From the NCBI GenBank assembly GCA_016194905.1, contig JACQAP010000013.1:2671-66670 (forward strand): a stretch of DNA of 64,000 nucleotides, in the 5' to 3' direction. Shown here piece by piece: positions 19,868-30,853 of this stretch; within the stretch, counting starts at the first letter, position 1, and each line of letters opens with the position of its first letter. The notes under the pieces are model-generated. The model was not told the DNA's origin, searched no databases, and saw only the letters and a program-made list of their open reading frames with translations. The translations under genes and the position numbers were made by a program. Source of the stretch: Betaproteobacteria bacterium (GTDB taxonomy: Bacteria > Pseudomonadota > Gammaproteobacteria > Burkholderiales > JACQAP01).

Positions 19868-20809
19868 CTATCCCCACTCCCACGCGCCTCGCACCATGGC
19901 GACACCATGTGCCCCGCATCTGCGCGCCGCATCGAGATTTACAGCCCGCATTCCTCCAAGAGCGAATACCGGCAAAGAATAGTCCCGAACCAGATCTGCG
20001 AATTTATTCCATCCGATTTCTGGCGAGCCGGCGTGGCCGGGCGTGAAATGAACCGGGCCGAGCAGCACGAAGTCCAGTGCTAACTCACGCGCCCTTTCTA
20101 ATTCGACAGTGTCGTGGCATGAGGCGCTGCACCACTCGACTTCAGGGCGTGATTTTGCAGCCATCAACTCGCGTGACGGCAAGTGTAACCCCGCGCCGAG
20201 CATCGTTGCGAGTTGAACATCGCTATTAACCACTACGATGCCGCCAACTGCGCGCACCTCCCGCATGACTTGCGCTGCGAAAATCTTGCGGGCAGCGGGA
20301 TCTAGATTTTTCTCCCTGACTTGCACCAACCGTAATCCGCGCTCGAGCGCGAGGCGAAGTTGCGCCAGAGCCACATCGATACCCGATTCCCATGCGCGAG
20401 TAATTCCCAGACTGGTGGGCAAGGACAATGCCTTAAGAACTGGGGCATTGGCCGGAAGCATGGGTGAAACCATAATTTCGGTACTTCGCTGCCAGGAAAG
20501 GGCCTGTCTCTCGTGGGGATGCGGTTCTCCGCGCCAGCGCACCACGCGGTGAAAATGCAACCGTACCGTTGCATGCGGATAGGGATAGACACGAGTAATC
20601 CAGGGGTAGGCGAGCTCGACGTCAATACCGAGCTCTTCGCGTAATTCTCGATCGAGCGCATGGGTGATCGGCTCACCTGACTCGACCTTGCCACCAGGAA
20701 ATTCCCAATACCCTGCATAGACTTTGCCGGGCGGACGTTGTGCCAGAAGGAAGCTACCATCGGGGCGCTCAATTACTGCGGCCGCGACATCCAGCACGCG
20801 TTGCATCAT
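19868..20809 (-). CDS. Nudix (MutT-like 8-oxo-dGTP diphosphatase) fused to a ThiE/TenI-like domain
   Basis: The N-terminus has the Nudix box GGKVESGEPITHALDRELREELGI. The C-terminal ~170 aa resemble the thiamine-phosphate synthase fold (VQVREK..., FALGGM). Confidence 0.85.
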   Translation of the reverse strand: MMQRVLDVAAAVIERPDGSFLLAQRPPGKVYAGYWEFPGGKVESGEPITHALDRELREELGIDVELAYPWITRVYPYPHATVRLHFHRVVRWRGEPHPHERQALSWQRSTEIMVSPMLPANAPVLKALSLPTSLGITRAWESGIDVALAQLRLALERGLRLVQVREKNLDPAARKIFAAQVMREVRAVGGIVVVNSDVQLATMLGAGLHLPSRELMAAKSRPEVEWCSASCHDTVELERARELALDFVLLGPVHFTPGHAGSPEIGWNKFADLVRDYSLPVFALGGMRAVNLDAARRCGAHGVAMVRGAWEWG

Positions 20810-20827
20810 GGGATAGCCAATGGCCGA

Positions 20828-21724
20828 TCAGGATGTTTTGCGAGAGGGGCCGGATGTTATTCCATGGCGACCCGCCCAGTCGCGCGCAAAATGCCAGGCG
20901 ACACGGCCGCTACGCGAACCGCGCGTCAGCGCCCATTGCAGTGCCTCGTTGCGGGCTTTGGCGCCCCTCTCCCGCTCCGGAACTCCCAGCTCGCCGAGCC
21001 AATAGTCGACGATAGTCAGGTATTCATCCTGGTCGAAGGGATAGAAGGATACCCACAGACCGAAACGTTCCGACAGGGATATTTTTTCCTCCACCGTTTC
21101 CCCCGGATGGATCTCCTCGCCAAAATACTTGGTCTCCAGATTTTCCTGCATGAATTCGGGCATCAGGTGGCGTCTGTTGGACGTCGCATAGATAAGCAGA
21201 TTTTCCGAAGTTGCAGAAATCGATCCGTCCAAAATCACCTTCAACGCCTTGTATCCCGGCTCGTCGGCATCGAACGAGAGGTCGTCGCAAAACAAAATGA
21301 ATTTGTGTGGAACATCGGCAATCAGATCGACGATGTCGGGAAGATCCACCAGATCCTGCTTGTCCACTTCGATCAGGCGCAAGCCCTTCGACGAAAATTT
21401 GTTCAGCAGCGCCTTTACCAGTGATGACTTCCCCGTACCGCGCGCACCGGTCAGCAAAACGTTGTTGGCCGTAAGTCCTTCGATGAATTGGCGGGTGTTC
21501 TGCTCGATCAGCTTTATCTGATCGTCTATCCCCTGCAGGTCCGATAGTCGAATCTTGTGCGGATGCGCCACCGATTGAAGAAAACCCGCGTTTCCACGCT
21601 TGCGCCAGCGGTAGGCCAGACCTTTCTTCCAGTCGAGCGCCGAGCGTGCCTGCGGTAGGGTTGCTTCAAAGCGCCCGAGCACCTGCTCGACGCGACTGAT
21701 CAGACGTTCAAGGTCGCTGCTCAT
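20828..21724 (-). CDS. DUF815-type AAA ATPase
   Basis: The 298-aa ORF has a Walker A motif (LLTGARGTGKSSLVKALL) and a Walker B-like motif (FILFCDDLSF). Confidence 0.8.
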   Translation of the reverse strand: MSSDLERLISRVEQVLGRFEATLPQARSALDWKKGLAYRWRKRGNAGFLQSVAHPHKIRLSDLQGIDDQIKLIEQNTRQFIEGLTANNVLLTGARGTGKSSLVKALLNKFSSKGLRLIEVDKQDLVDLPDIVDLIADVPHKFILFCDDLSFDADEPGYKALKVILDGSISATSENLLIYATSNRRHLMPEFMQENLETKYFGEEIHPGETVEEKISLSERFGLWVSFYPFDQDEYLTIVDYWLGELGVPERERGAKARNEALQWALTRGSRSGRVAWHFARDWAGRHGITSGPSRKTS

Positions 21725-21730
21725 CGATGG

Positions 21731-22957
21731 TTAACTGCGATAATCGGCGTTGATACTCACATAGTCATGGGAAAGATCGCAGGTCCAGACCGTGCCGGAT
21801 GAAGCGCCGCGGTTCAATCCTACCCGTACGGTGATCTCATCCTGCTTCATCACGCGCTGGCCGTCTTCCTCGCGGTAGCTTGGGGCGCGTCCTCCGGACT
21901 TCGCCACCATTACATCGCCAAGATGGAGGTCCACTTTCGAAACGTCGAGGTCATCGATCCCGGCATAGCCAATAGCCGCAAGAATGCGCCCGAGATTCGG
22001 GTCGGAAGCAAAGAATGCCGTTTTGACCAGAGGCGAATGGGCGATGGCATAGCCGACTTTCCGACATTCGGTTTCATTCATTCCTCCTTCGATGTGGATG
22101 GTAATAAACTTGGTCGCACCCTCTCCATCTCGGACGAGCGCTTGCGCAAGTACAGATGCAACCTCGGTTACCGCGTCGAGGAATAACTTGAATTCAACGG
22201 AGTCAGATTTGGAGATTTCCGGAGCCCCGCCTTGTCCGGTGGCAGCTACGATCAAGGCATCATTCGTAGAAGTGTCGCCATCCACGGTCACGCAGTTGAA
22301 AGTCCGGTCTGCTGCATATGTGGTCGCTTGCTGCAGCAGCTTCTGTTCCACCAACGCGTCCGTGGCGATGAATCCGAGCATCGTCGCCATGTTGGGACGA
22401 ATCATTCCCGAACCCTTTGCGATACCAGTGACTGCAATCGAATGGCCGCCGATGTCGACTCGCGTGGAACACGCCTTTGCCATTGTGTCGGTAGTCATGA
22501 TGGCGATCGCGGCGTCAGCCCAGTTGTTTTCACCGAGCCCGGCAATGCAACGCGGCAGCCCGGCAGCAATGCGATCGACCGGCAGCGGTTCCATGATGAC
22601 GCCCGTGGAAAAGGGTAATACCTGCTCCGGTCCGCAATCGAGCAACTTCGACACGTCGGCGCATGTCTGCTTTGCCCGTGCAAAGCCATCTTCGCCGGTG
22701 CCGGCATTGGCGCAACCCGTATTCACTATCAGCGCGCGGATGCTGCCGCCCTGCAAATGCGCCTTGGCCACGATAACGGGCGCGGCGCAAAATCGGTTAC
22801 GTGTAAAGACGCCGGCGACTCTCGTTCCAGCCGCAAGCGTCATCAGCAACAAATCCTTGCGATCGGCTTTGCTTACTCCGGCCTCGGTTACGCCGAGTCG
22901 AACTCCTTTGATCGCCAGCAGCGCGGACGGATCGGGGGCTATGAGATTTACCGCCAT
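21731..22957 (-). CDS. argJ: Bifunctional ornithine acetyltransferase / N-acetylglutamate synthase ArgJ
   Basis: The 408-aa product from ATG 22957 has IMTTDT and the autoproteolytic site [14 protein letters not shown]. Confidence 0.93.
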   Translation of the reverse strand: MAVNLIAPDPSALLAIKGVRLGVTEAGVSKADRKDLLLMTLAAGTRVAGVFTRNRFCAAPVIVAKAHLQGGSIRALIVNTGCANAGTGEDGFARAKQTCADVSKLLDCGPEQVLPFSTGVIMEPLPVDRIAAGLPRCIAGLGENNWADAAIAIMTTDTMAKACSTRVDIGGHSIAVTGIAKGSGMIRPNMATMLGFIATDALVEQKLLQQATTYAADRTFNCVTVDGDTSTNDALIVAATGQGGAPEISKSDSVEFKLFLDAVTEVASVLAQALVRDGEGATKFITIHIEGGMNETECRKVGYAIAHSPLVKTAFFASDPNLGRILAAIGYAGIDDLDVSKVDLHLGDVMVAKSGGRAPSYREEDGQRVMKQDEITVRVGLNRGASSGTVWTCDLSHDYVSINADYRS

Positions 22958-23017
22958 TCGAAAGTCTCTGCGCTTCTTTTCATGAGGCAAGTAGTGTCCG
23001 CGCGTATGGCTCCGAAA

Positions 23018-25741
23018 TCAGCCGAGCTTGCCGTGGCATTGTTTGTATTTCTTCCCGGAACCGCAGGGGCATGGATCGTTACGCCCTACCTTCTGACCGC
23101 GAACGAAGGGCTGCACTTTCACATCGGCGTTCGCCTTCTCGAGCGCTTCGTCATGATCGGTGTTCTGGTGATACTGCACATTTTTTAGTTCCGTCTGTTG
23201 CTGCTTTTCGACCACCGCCTGCACCTCTTCCGCCGTGGGGATCTGCACGATCATCAATTGACGGGTTACTTCCGTGCGTACGGTATCCAGCATCAGCGAG
23301 AACAACTCGAAGGCTTCACGCTTGTACTCCTGCTTCGGGTTTTTCTGTGCATAGCCGCGCAGATGAATGCCTTGCCGCAAATGATCGAGCGCCGCCAAAT
23401 GCTCGCGCCAGTGGCTGTCGAGGAAATTGAGCATTATGTCCCGCTCGTATTCGCGCACCCTTTTTTGATCATCCACGCGGGAAAATTTTTCCTCGTAATG
23501 TGCATTAGCGGTCTCGATGATGCGAGCACGCAGATGTTCCTCATCGAGATTCTCTTCCTGCTTGAGCCACTCCTGAAGTGGAAGTCGCAGACCGAACTCA
23601 CCGGCAAGGGTTTTCTCCAGGGCGGGCACGTCCCATTGCTCCTCGACGCTGCCCAGCGGAATATGCTGCGAGGTCAGCGCGTCAACCGTTCCTTCGCGCA
23701 TCGAGCGGATCGTGTCGGAGATATCCGTCGCTTCCAGCAATTCGTTGCGCTGCTGATAGATGACCTTGCGCTGATCGTTTGCGACGTCGTCGTATTCGAG
23801 CAACTGCTTGCGGATATCGAAGTTGCGTGCTTCCACTTTTCTCTGCGCGTTCTCAATTGCACGCGTAACCCAGGGGTGCTCGATCGCCTCGCCCTCGGGC
23901 ATCTTGAGGCGATCCATGATGGCTGCCACGCGATCCGAGGCAAAAATGCGCAGCAATGGGTCTTCGAGGGAAAGATAGAAACGACTCGAGCCCGGGTCCC
24001 CTTGGCGCCCGGATCGGCCTCGCAACTGGTTATCGACGCGCCGGGATTCGTGGCGTTCGGTTCCGACAATATGAAGCCCCCCCGCACGAATGACCTGCTC
24101 GTGCAGCTTTTGCCACTGGGCACGCATCTCGGACACTCGCGCATCTTTGTCCTGATCCGAAATGGTCGAATCATTGCGGATCTTGTTGATGTCGGGCTCC
24201 GGATTTCCACCCAGCACAATGTCGGTACCCCTACCTGCCATGTTCGTCGCGATAGTGACCATTTTTGGTCTGCCTGCCTGGGCAATAATCTCTGCCTCGC
24301 GTGCGTGTTGTTTCGCGTTCAGAACCTGATGCGCCAGCTTCTCTTTCTCAAGCAACTTGGCCAGCAGCTCGGAATTCTCGATCGAAGTCGTGCCGACCAG
24401 AACCGGCTGGCCGCTCTGATGGCAAGCTCTGATGTCGTTGATCACCGCGTTGTATTTCTCCTGCGCAGTGCGGTAGACCTGATCGAGGCGGTCTTCGCGG
24501 ATCATCGGCATGTGTGTCGGCATGATGACTGTTTCCAGCCCGTAGATCTGCTGGAATTCGTAGGCTTCGGTATCCGCCGTTCCGGTCATTCCCGCAAGCT
24601 TGCGGTACATGCGGAAATAATTCTGGTAGGTAATCGAGGCTAACGTTTGATTTTCCCGTTGTATGCGCACGCCTTCCTTGGCCTCTATCGCCTGGTGTAG
24701 TCCATCCGACCAACGACGTCCAGGCGTCAAACGGCCGGTAAATTCGTCGACAATGACGATCTCATCATTTTGCGCCACGTAGTGCTGGTCGCGATGGAAC
24801 AGTGAGTTTGCGCGCAGTGCCGCGTACAAGTGATGCATCAGATTGATGTTGGCCGCGTCGTAGAGGCTGCCGTTTTCTGGCAATAAACCGGCGCGAGTCA
24901 TCAGTTCTTCGGCGCGCTCGTGGCCGACTTCCGTGAGCAACACCTGGTGGGCTTTTTCGTCCACGGTGAAATCGCCCGGGCCATTTTCCTCTTTGACGCG
25001 GGTCAAGTTCGGCACGATTTCGTTCATGCGGTAGTACAGTTCGGTACTGTCTTCGGCTTGGCCGGAGATGATCAGCGGTGTTCTCGCCTCATCGATCAGA
25101 ATCGAGTCCACCTCGTCGACGATCGCAAAAGACAATCCACGCTGTACACGTTCGGATGCCTGAAACACCATGTTGTCACGCAAATAATCGAATCCGAACT
25201 CGCTATTGGTGCCGTAAGTGATGTCGGCGGCATAGGCCTGCTGCTTCAGACCATGCTCCATTTGCGAGAGGTTCACACCAACGGACAAGCCGAGAAAACG
25301 ATATAACCTCCCCATCCATTCCGCGTCACGACTTGCGAGGTAATCGTTGACCGTCACGACATGCACGCCCTTTTCTGCAAGCGTGTTCAGATAGGCCGGC
25401 AACGTGGCAACGAGCGTCTTTCCTTCTCCCGTGCGCATTTCCGCGATTTTGCCGTTATGGAGCGCAAGGCCGCCCAGCAGCTGCTCGTCGAAATGACGCA
25501 TGTTCAGAACACGCCGGCTGGCTTCCCGCACGGTTGCGAATGCGTCGACCAGCAGATCATCCAGCGTTTGACCGTTGCTTGCGCGCTGCCGGAGGACTTC
25601 CGTGCGTGCGCGCAAATCCGTGTCGCTCAGCTTTTGCATCTGTGGCTCGAGCGCATTGATGGCATGCACTGCATGCGAATACATCCGCAACAGACGATCG
25701 TTGCGACTACCGAATATTTTTTTTAGAAGACTATTGATCAT
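23018..25741 (-). CDS. secA: Preprotein translocase ATPase SecA
   Basis: The 907-aa product starts [18 protein letters not shown], contains [13 protein letters not shown] and ends in the zinc finger [14 protein letters not shown]. The ORF-track start at 25789 adds 16 codons that run through a strong hairpin. Confidence 0.97.
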   Translation of the reverse strand: MINSLLKKIFGSRNDRLLRMYSHAVHAINALEPQMQKLSDTDLRARTEVLRQRASNGQTLDDLLVDAFATVREASRRVLNMRHFDEQLLGGLALHNGKIAEMRTGEGKTLVATLPAYLNTLAEKGVHVVTVNDYLASRDAEWMGRLYRFLGLSVGVNLSQMEHGLKQQAYAADITYGTNSEFGFDYLRDNMVFQASERVQRGLSFAIVDEVDSILIDEARTPLIISGQAEDSTELYYRMNEIVPNLTRVKEENGPGDFTVDEKAHQVLLTEVGHERAEELMTRAGLLPENGSLYDAANINLMHHLYAALRANSLFHRDQHYVAQNDEIVIVDEFTGRLTPGRRWSDGLHQAIEAKEGVRIQRENQTLASITYQNYFRMYRKLAGMTGTADTEAYEFQQIYGLETVIMPTHMPMIREDRLDQVYRTAQEKYNAVINDIRACHQSGQPVLVGTTSIENSELLAKLLEKEKLAHQVLNAKQHAREAEIIAQAGRPKMVTIATNMAGRGTDIVLGGNPEPDINKIRNDSTISDQDKDARVSEMRAQWQKLHEQVIRAGGLHIVGTERHESRRVDNQLRGRSGRQGDPGSSRFYLSLEDPLLRIFASDRVAAIMDRLKMPEGEAIEHPWVTRAIENAQRKVEARNFDIRKQLLEYDDVANDQRKVIYQQRNELLEATDISDTIRSMREGTVDALTSQHIPLGSVEEQWDVPALEKTLAGEFGLRLPLQEWLKQEENLDEEHLRARIIETANAHYEEKFSRVDDQKRVREYERDIMLNFLDSHWREHLAALDHLRQGIHLRGYAQKNPKQEYKREAFELFSLMLDTVRTEVTRQLMIVQIPTAEEVQAVVEKQQQTELKNVQYHQNTDHDEALEKANADVKVQPFVRGQKVGRNDPCPCGSGKKYKQCHGKLG

Positions 25742-25763
25742 TGCTCTGGATGTCCTTAAAGCA

Positions 25764-25795
25764 AGAGGGGTGGGGACGCCTGCCCCCACCCCTCT
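25764..25795. repeat. Perfect 12-bp GC-rich palindrome (hairpin) in the M23-secA spacer
   Basis: AGAGGGGTGGGG-(8 nt)-CCCCACCCCTCT lies 22 nt upstream of the secA ATG. Confidence 0.6.
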
Positions 25796-25819
25796 GCTGG
25801 AATGCTAGTATGTTTCAGT

Positions 25820-26737
25820 TCAGCCCGGCACCTGAAGGAAGCGAGCGGGATTCTGTGGCGCTCCCCATTGACGCACTTCGAAGTGCAGATGCGTCCCTGT
25901 CGAACGGCCAGTGTTACCGACCTCGGCAATCTTCTGACCACGCAGCACCACGTCTCCGACCTTCGCGATGAGCTTCGATGCGTGAGCGTAGCGTGTAATC
26001 AAGCCGTTGCCATGATCTATCTCTATCATATTACCATACTGAGGATGAGGGTCCGCGTAGACCACTACACCTCCGGCGGCAGCGGTGATCGCCGCACCTT
26101 CTGCGGCCATGAAATCCATGCCTTCATGAAACGCATTCCATCCGGTGAACGGATCGATACGCCACCCAAAATTGGAAGAGTACCATCCGGTAGACACTGG
26201 CAGTTGCGTCGGCAGCAACTGCTTTTTTGCGTGAGATAATGTCATCATCGATTCAAGCACGCCAAGCTTGTCGGTGCGGTCGTCGACCTGAATGGCAAGA
26301 TGATCCACCTTGTCGACCAGTTCGCTCATTGAAAGCTCTTGGGGAGGAATCGAAGAAACCGCACCACCCCGCCCCGGAACCTGATCGAACATGAACTCTT
26401 GCGGCTTGATGCCCGCGAGTTTTGTCAGGCGCTCCCCAAGCGTGTCTAGGCGCAGTAACTTGGCTTGCATCTCGCCAAGCCTGGCCGCCATGGTATTGAG
26501 GCTCTCACGCAGATACGACTGAGTCTTCCGCGTTTGTTCGGCCTGCACTGCTTCCAGCAACGACTGGAGGTAAGGGCTCTGATTGGTCACCGCATAGCGC
26601 AGCGAGAAATAGTTGAGCATTACGGCAAGGGATACAATCATCAGGCACATGAGCAACCCCAGAAATACAACCTGGGGCGTACTCAGCGTGAAGCTGCGCG
26701 CCTGTGACAATTTGTTGGAAACCAGAATAATATTCAT
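25820..26737 (-). CDS. M23 (LytM-domain) metallopeptidase / murein hydrolase activator-like protein
   Basis: The 305-aa ORF has an N-terminal TM segment, a coiled-coil region and a C-terminal LytM domain (HEGMDF, GNTGRSTGTHLHFEV). Confidence 0.85.
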   Translation of the reverse strand: MNIILVSNKLSQARSFTLSTPQVVFLGLLMCLMIVSLAVMLNYFSLRYAVTNQSPYLQSLLEAVQAEQTRKTQSYLRESLNTMAARLGEMQAKLLRLDTLGERLTKLAGIKPQEFMFDQVPGRGGAVSSIPPQELSMSELVDKVDHLAIQVDDRTDKLGVLESMMTLSHAKKQLLPTQLPVSTGWYSSNFGWRIDPFTGWNAFHEGMDFMAAEGAAITAAAGGVVVYADPHPQYGNMIEIDHGNGLITRYAHASKLIAKVGDVVLRGQKIAEVGNTGRSTGTHLHFEVRQWGAPQNPARFLQVPG

Positions 26738-26763
26738 CCGTTCCCCCTTACTAGACCTTCGTA

Positions 26764-27201
26764 TTGACCAGCCCTATGTCCGAGAAACGCGTCGGCTTGC
26801 TAATCGACACACTTCCTGAATTGCAGGCCCTTAATCGGGAAATTCGGCAACTGGTGGCCCTGCAAAGCATTTTGGCGAAAGTACTGCCCGACAATCTGGC
26901 CCCTTTTGTGACTGTGGCTTCGATGAATGCCGGTGAATTGAACCTGTTCGCTGATAACGGCCCGGTCGCCGCCAAGTTAAGGCAGATGACCCCGCGAATG
27001 CTGACCTCTTTGCGACAGCGGGGATATGAGATTACTGGAATTCGCCTACAAGTGCAAGTAGGTATCCGCGATAACCCATTGCCACAAAAACAGATTTCCC
27101 TCAGTATCGAGGCTCGCAACGTGATTGACTCGCTAACAGATCGTCTAGACGCTTCCCCTTTGAAGTCGGCACTAAAACGTCTTAGCCGTCAGGGCTCATA
27201 G
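26764..27201 (+). CDS. DUF721 (DciA-like) protein
   Basis: The 145-aa ORF has a central pattern (ASMNAGELNLFADNGPVAAKLRQMTPRML) that resembles DUF721. The position between secA/M23 and lpxC is the usual proteobacterial location. Confidence 0.6.
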   Translation: MTSPMSEKRVGLLIDTLPELQALNREIRQLVALQSILAKVLPDNLAPFVTVASMNAGELNLFADNGPVAAKLRQMTPRMLTSLRQRGYEITGIRLQVQVGIRDNPLPQKQISLSIEARNVIDSLTDRLDASPLKSALKRLSRQGS

Positions 27202-27311
27202 CTTAGATGGCGATCGCAAACCGCTCCAGGGCCAATAAAGATAGAAATATCAATATGATCAGATTCGCGCAGCAAGAAGGATGACCGCAGCACTAGCTCG
27301 AACCGGATTTC

Positions 27312-28223
27312 TCAAACGGTCTGCATTTGCAACCTGAGGAAGGCGGGCGCCTCCTCTGGCTTGAGGAAAGTGACGAACTCCCAGGACGATGCGTCTTCTA
27401 TCAATTGTCGCAATAACCCGTTGTTGAGGGCGTGGCCTGACTTGTAGGCTGAATAGGCGCCTATGACCGGATGTCCGAGCAGGTAGAGGTCGCCAATCGC
27501 ATCCAGTGCCTTATGCTTCACGAATTCGTCCTCGTAACGCAATCCGTCCGCGTTGAGCACCCGGTACTCGTCCATCACGATCGCATTATCGAGGCTACCG
27601 CCAAGGGCCAATCCCTGCGAACGCATGTTCTCGACGTCCTGCATGAATCCGAAAGTTCTCGCCCGGCTCACTTCTTTTACATACGACGTGTGCTCGAAGT
27701 CGACAATCACCCGCTTGTTGGAATGCGCGAATACCGGATGCCTGAAATCGATGCTGAAGTCCACGCGAAACCCGTTGTAGGGCTCGAATTTGACCCACTT
27801 GTCTCCCTGCTTTACTTCGACCGGTTTCTTGATGCGGATGAACTTCTTGGCAGCGGGTTGCTCCTCGATACCCGCCGACTGCAACAGGAATACGAAAGGA
27901 GACGCCGAGCCGTCCATGATGGGAACCTCACCCGAGGTCAAGTCGACGTAGACATTGTCGATGCCAAGTCCGGCCAGCGCCGACATCAGATGTTCTACCG
28001 TCTGCACGCGCGCGCCATCCCGTTCGAGACACGACGACAGTCGCGTATCGCCCACAGCATAAGGATCGGCCTTGATGTCCACGACAGGATTCAAATCCAC
28101 ACGCCGGAAAATGATGCCGCTGTTCGGCGCCGCCGGACGCAATGTCAGATAGACCTTCTCTCCGGTATGCAGGCCTACTCCGGTGGCACGAACGATATTC
28201 TTCAGCGTGCGTTGTTTGATCAT
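27312..28223 (-). CDS. lpxC: UDP-3-O-acyl-N-acetylglucosamine deacetylase LpxC
   Basis: The 303-aa product starts [31 protein letters not shown] and contains [14 protein letters not shown]-like and HALNN motifs. Confidence 0.96.
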   Translation of the reverse strand: MIKQRTLKNIVRATGVGLHTGEKVYLTLRPAAPNSGIIFRRVDLNPVVDIKADPYAVGDTRLSSCLERDGARVQTVEHLMSALAGLGIDNVYVDLTSGEVPIMDGSASPFVFLLQSAGIEEQPAAKKFIRIKKPVEVKQGDKWVKFEPYNGFRVDFSIDFRHPVFAHSNKRVIVDFEHTSYVKEVSRARTFGFMQDVENMRSQGLALGGSLDNAIVMDEYRVLNADGLRYEDEFVKHKALDAIGDLYLLGHPVIGAYSAYKSGHALNNGLLRQLIEDASSWEFVTFLKPEEAPAFLRLQMQTV

Positions 28224-28373
28224 GTCATTCGCTCAGGTAGTGCAAGGAATTGAGCCCTCATTACTGCTTTCTAAATTAAATATAAATGATTGATTAGATT
28301 ACCATAGAGGCATTGTATTGCGCCAGCACAAAAAGATTGCTGTGACGCAGCAAGCAGTATGGCTTCCCTCAAT

Positions 28374-29525
28374 CTAGTCAGCCTGTTTGCGCAAGAACGC
28401 CGGGATGTCGAGCATATCCACCCCCGACTGCTTCATCGCCTCGACAGCGGCATCACGTGAGCGCCGGCGCATAACTGCCGGAGTTTCTAGATCCCCGTAG
28501 TTCACATCGATAGACGTGGCATCGGTCCCGGTTTTCACCATGGTCAACGGCTTTTGCTGATGACGGTTGACCGCCCCACCCAAACCCGTAGCCACCATGG
28601 TCACTCGCAAACGATCTTCCATTCCCTCATCGATCACAGTACCGACAATCACGGTCGCATCTTCAGCGGTGAAACCTTTGATGGTATTCATCACTTCATG
28701 CACTTCTTTCATCTTGAGGCTGGAACTGGCGGTGATGTTCACAAGGACACCGCGTGCTCCTGCAAGATTGACATCTTCCAGCAACGGACTGGCCACAGCC
28801 TGCTCGGCCGCGGAATGGGCCCGATCGAGTCCCGCAGCCACCGCCGAACCCATCATCGCCATACCCATCTCCGACATCACGGTGCGCACGTCGGCAAAGT
28901 CCACATTGACCAGGCCGGGGCACTTGATCACTTCGGCGATACCGGCAACGGCGCCGTGCAAGACGGTGTTTGCCGCCTTGAATGCGTCGAGCATGCTGAC
29001 GTCCTCGCCTAGAACCTGCATCAGCTTGTCGTTCGGAATCACGATCAGCGAATCGACGTGGCGGCAAAGTTCCTCTAGTCCCTGCTGAGCAATCTTCTGG
29101 CGTTTGCCTTCGAAGGCAAAAGGTTTGGTCACCACTGCGACAGTCAAAATTCCAAGCTCGCGTGCGGCCTCTGCAACGATCGGTGCAGCGCCGGTACCGG
29201 TACCGCCTCCCATGCCTGCCGTAAGAAACAACATGTCGGCACCTTCTATCAACTCGATGATGCGCTCACGGTCTTCCATCGCCGCTTCCCGACCGATATC
29301 CGGGTTCGCGCCCGCCCCCAGACCTTTGGTCACATTCGGTCCGAGTTGCAACAGCGTTTTGGACTTGTTGCGCTTCAGCGCTTGCGAGTCGGTGTTGGCG
29401 CAAATGAACTCCACGCCATCCACGCCTTCGTTGATCATATGATCGACCGCATTGCCGCCGCAGCCGCCGACACCGACTACCTTGATCACTGCTTCTTGAG
29501 GTTGTGTATCCACGATCTCGAACAT
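28374..29525 (-). CDS. ftsZ: Cell division GTPase FtsZ
   Basis: The 383-aa ORF has GVGGCGGNAV, the tubulin signature GGGTGTGAAP and the C-terminal peptide DIPAFLRKQAD. Confidence 0.97.
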   Translation of the reverse strand: MFEIVDTQPQEAVIKVVGVGGCGGNAVDHMINEGVDGVEFICANTDSQALKRNKSKTLLQLGPNVTKGLGAGANPDIGREAAMEDRERIIELIEGADMLFLTAGMGGGTGTGAAPIVAEAARELGILTVAVVTKPFAFEGKRQKIAQQGLEELCRHVDSLIVIPNDKLMQVLGEDVSMLDAFKAANTVLHGAVAGIAEVIKCPGLVNVDFADVRTVMSEMGMAMMGSAVAAGLDRAHSAAEQAVASPLLEDVNLAGARGVLVNITASSSLKMKEVHEVMNTIKGFTAEDATVIVGTVIDEGMEDRLRVTMVATGLGGAVNRHQQKPLTMVKTGTDATSIDVNYGDLETPAVMRRRSRDAAVEAMKQSGVDMLDIPAFLRKQAD

Positions 29526-29588
29526 CAGTCGCCTCCTGTGTAAATAGTTATGAACCGTTAAAAACCAAACTCCCTTGAATACCGCTTC

Positions 29589-30833
29589 CTAAAAATTGGT
29601 CTCGAACCATTTCCTCATGCGGCCGACGATCTGCTTGAAAGATCCGCTCTGCATCTTTTCGATCTGTTGCCGCTGATGCTGGCTGAATCCCGCCATCAAC
29701 AGCCCTACGCCTGTTGAATATCGCGGGTTGCGGATGACTTCCGACAATCCACCTGCGTAACTCGGAAGCCCCAGTCGCACGGGCATGTGGAACACTTCCT
29801 CTCCCAATTCGACCATTCCCTGCATCGCGGCGCTGCCGCCGGTAATTACGATGCCCGAAGACAACAGCTCCTCGAAGCCGCTGCGGCGAAGCTCGGCCTG
29901 GACCAGGGAGTACAGTTCTTCCACGCGAGGCTCGATGACTTCGCCCAGGGTCTGACGCGACATCTTCTTGGAACCGCGCTCTCCCACTCCCGGCACTTCG
30001 ACCATTTCCTGAGGGTCCGCAAGTTCACGCAGCGCGCACCCGTAGCGACGCTTGATCTCCTCGGCCTCTTTTGTCGGCGTGCGCAGCGCCATTGCAATGT
30101 CGTTCGTAATCTGATCTCCCGCGATCGGGATCACGGCGGTATGCCTTATTGCGCCTTGTGTAAAAACCGCAATGTCCGACGTCCCACCACCGATGTCGAC
30201 CAGGCACACGCCAAGGTCCTTTTCGTCTTCCGAGAGGACCGCCATGGCTGATGCCAGAGGCTGTAATATGAGATCGTTGACTTCCAGGCCGCAGCGTCGC
30301 ACGCACTTCATGATGTTTTGCGCCGCCGAAACGGCGCCGGTGACAATGTGCACCTTCACTTCAAGACGCACCCCGCTCATGCCGAGCGGCTCGCGCACAT
30401 CTTCCTGGCCATCGATCACGAATTCCTGGTTCAGTACGTGCAGGATCTGCTGGTCGGTCGGAATCGAGATCGCTTTGGCGGTTTCCACTACGCGATCCAC
30501 GTCGCTCTGCGCCACTTCGCGATCCTTTATCGCAACCATGCCATGGGAGTTGAAACTGCGGATGTGGCTGCCGGCGATGCCGGTCCACACGTCACGAATC
30601 TTGCAATCGGCCATCAACTCCGCTTCCTCCAGCGCACGCTGGATCGCATTGACGGTCGATTCGATATTGACTACCACGCCCTTCTTCAATCCGCGCGATG
30701 GCGAACTGCCCATTCCGATGACCTCGAAGCCGCCTTCCGGCTTCATCTCGGCGACGATGGCCGCAATCTTCGACGTGCCGATGTCGAGTCCGACAATCAG
30801 ATTCTTGCTTTCTTTTCTTCCGCTTAACGCCAT
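29589..30833 (-). CDS. ftsA: Cell division protein FtsA
   Basis: The protein has an actin-like fold (LIVGLDIGTSKIAAIV, VDIGGGTSDIAVF). I chose ATG 30833; the ORF-track GTG at 30875 would overlap ftsQ by 22 nt. Confidence 0.94.
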   Translation of the reverse strand: MALSGRKESKNLIVGLDIGTSKIAAIVAEMKPEGGFEVIGMGSSPSRGLKKGVVVNIESTVNAIQRALEEAELMADCKIRDVWTGIAGSHIRSFNSHGMVAIKDREVAQSDVDRVVETAKAISIPTDQQILHVLNQEFVIDGQEDVREPLGMSGVRLEVKVHIVTGAVSAAQNIMKCVRRCGLEVNDLILQPLASAMAVLSEDEKDLGVCLVDIGGGTSDIAVFTQGAIRHTAVIPIAGDQITNDIAMALRTPTKEAEEIKRRYGCALRELADPQEMVEVPGVGERGSKKMSRQTLGEVIEPRVEELYSLVQAELRRSGFEELLSSGIVITGGSAAMQGMVELGEEVFHMPVRLGLPSYAGGLSEVIRNPRYSTGVGLLMAGFSQHQRQQIEKMQSGSFKQIVGRMRKWFETNF

Positions 30834-30853
30834 GTCTGTTTCATCGATCGCAT

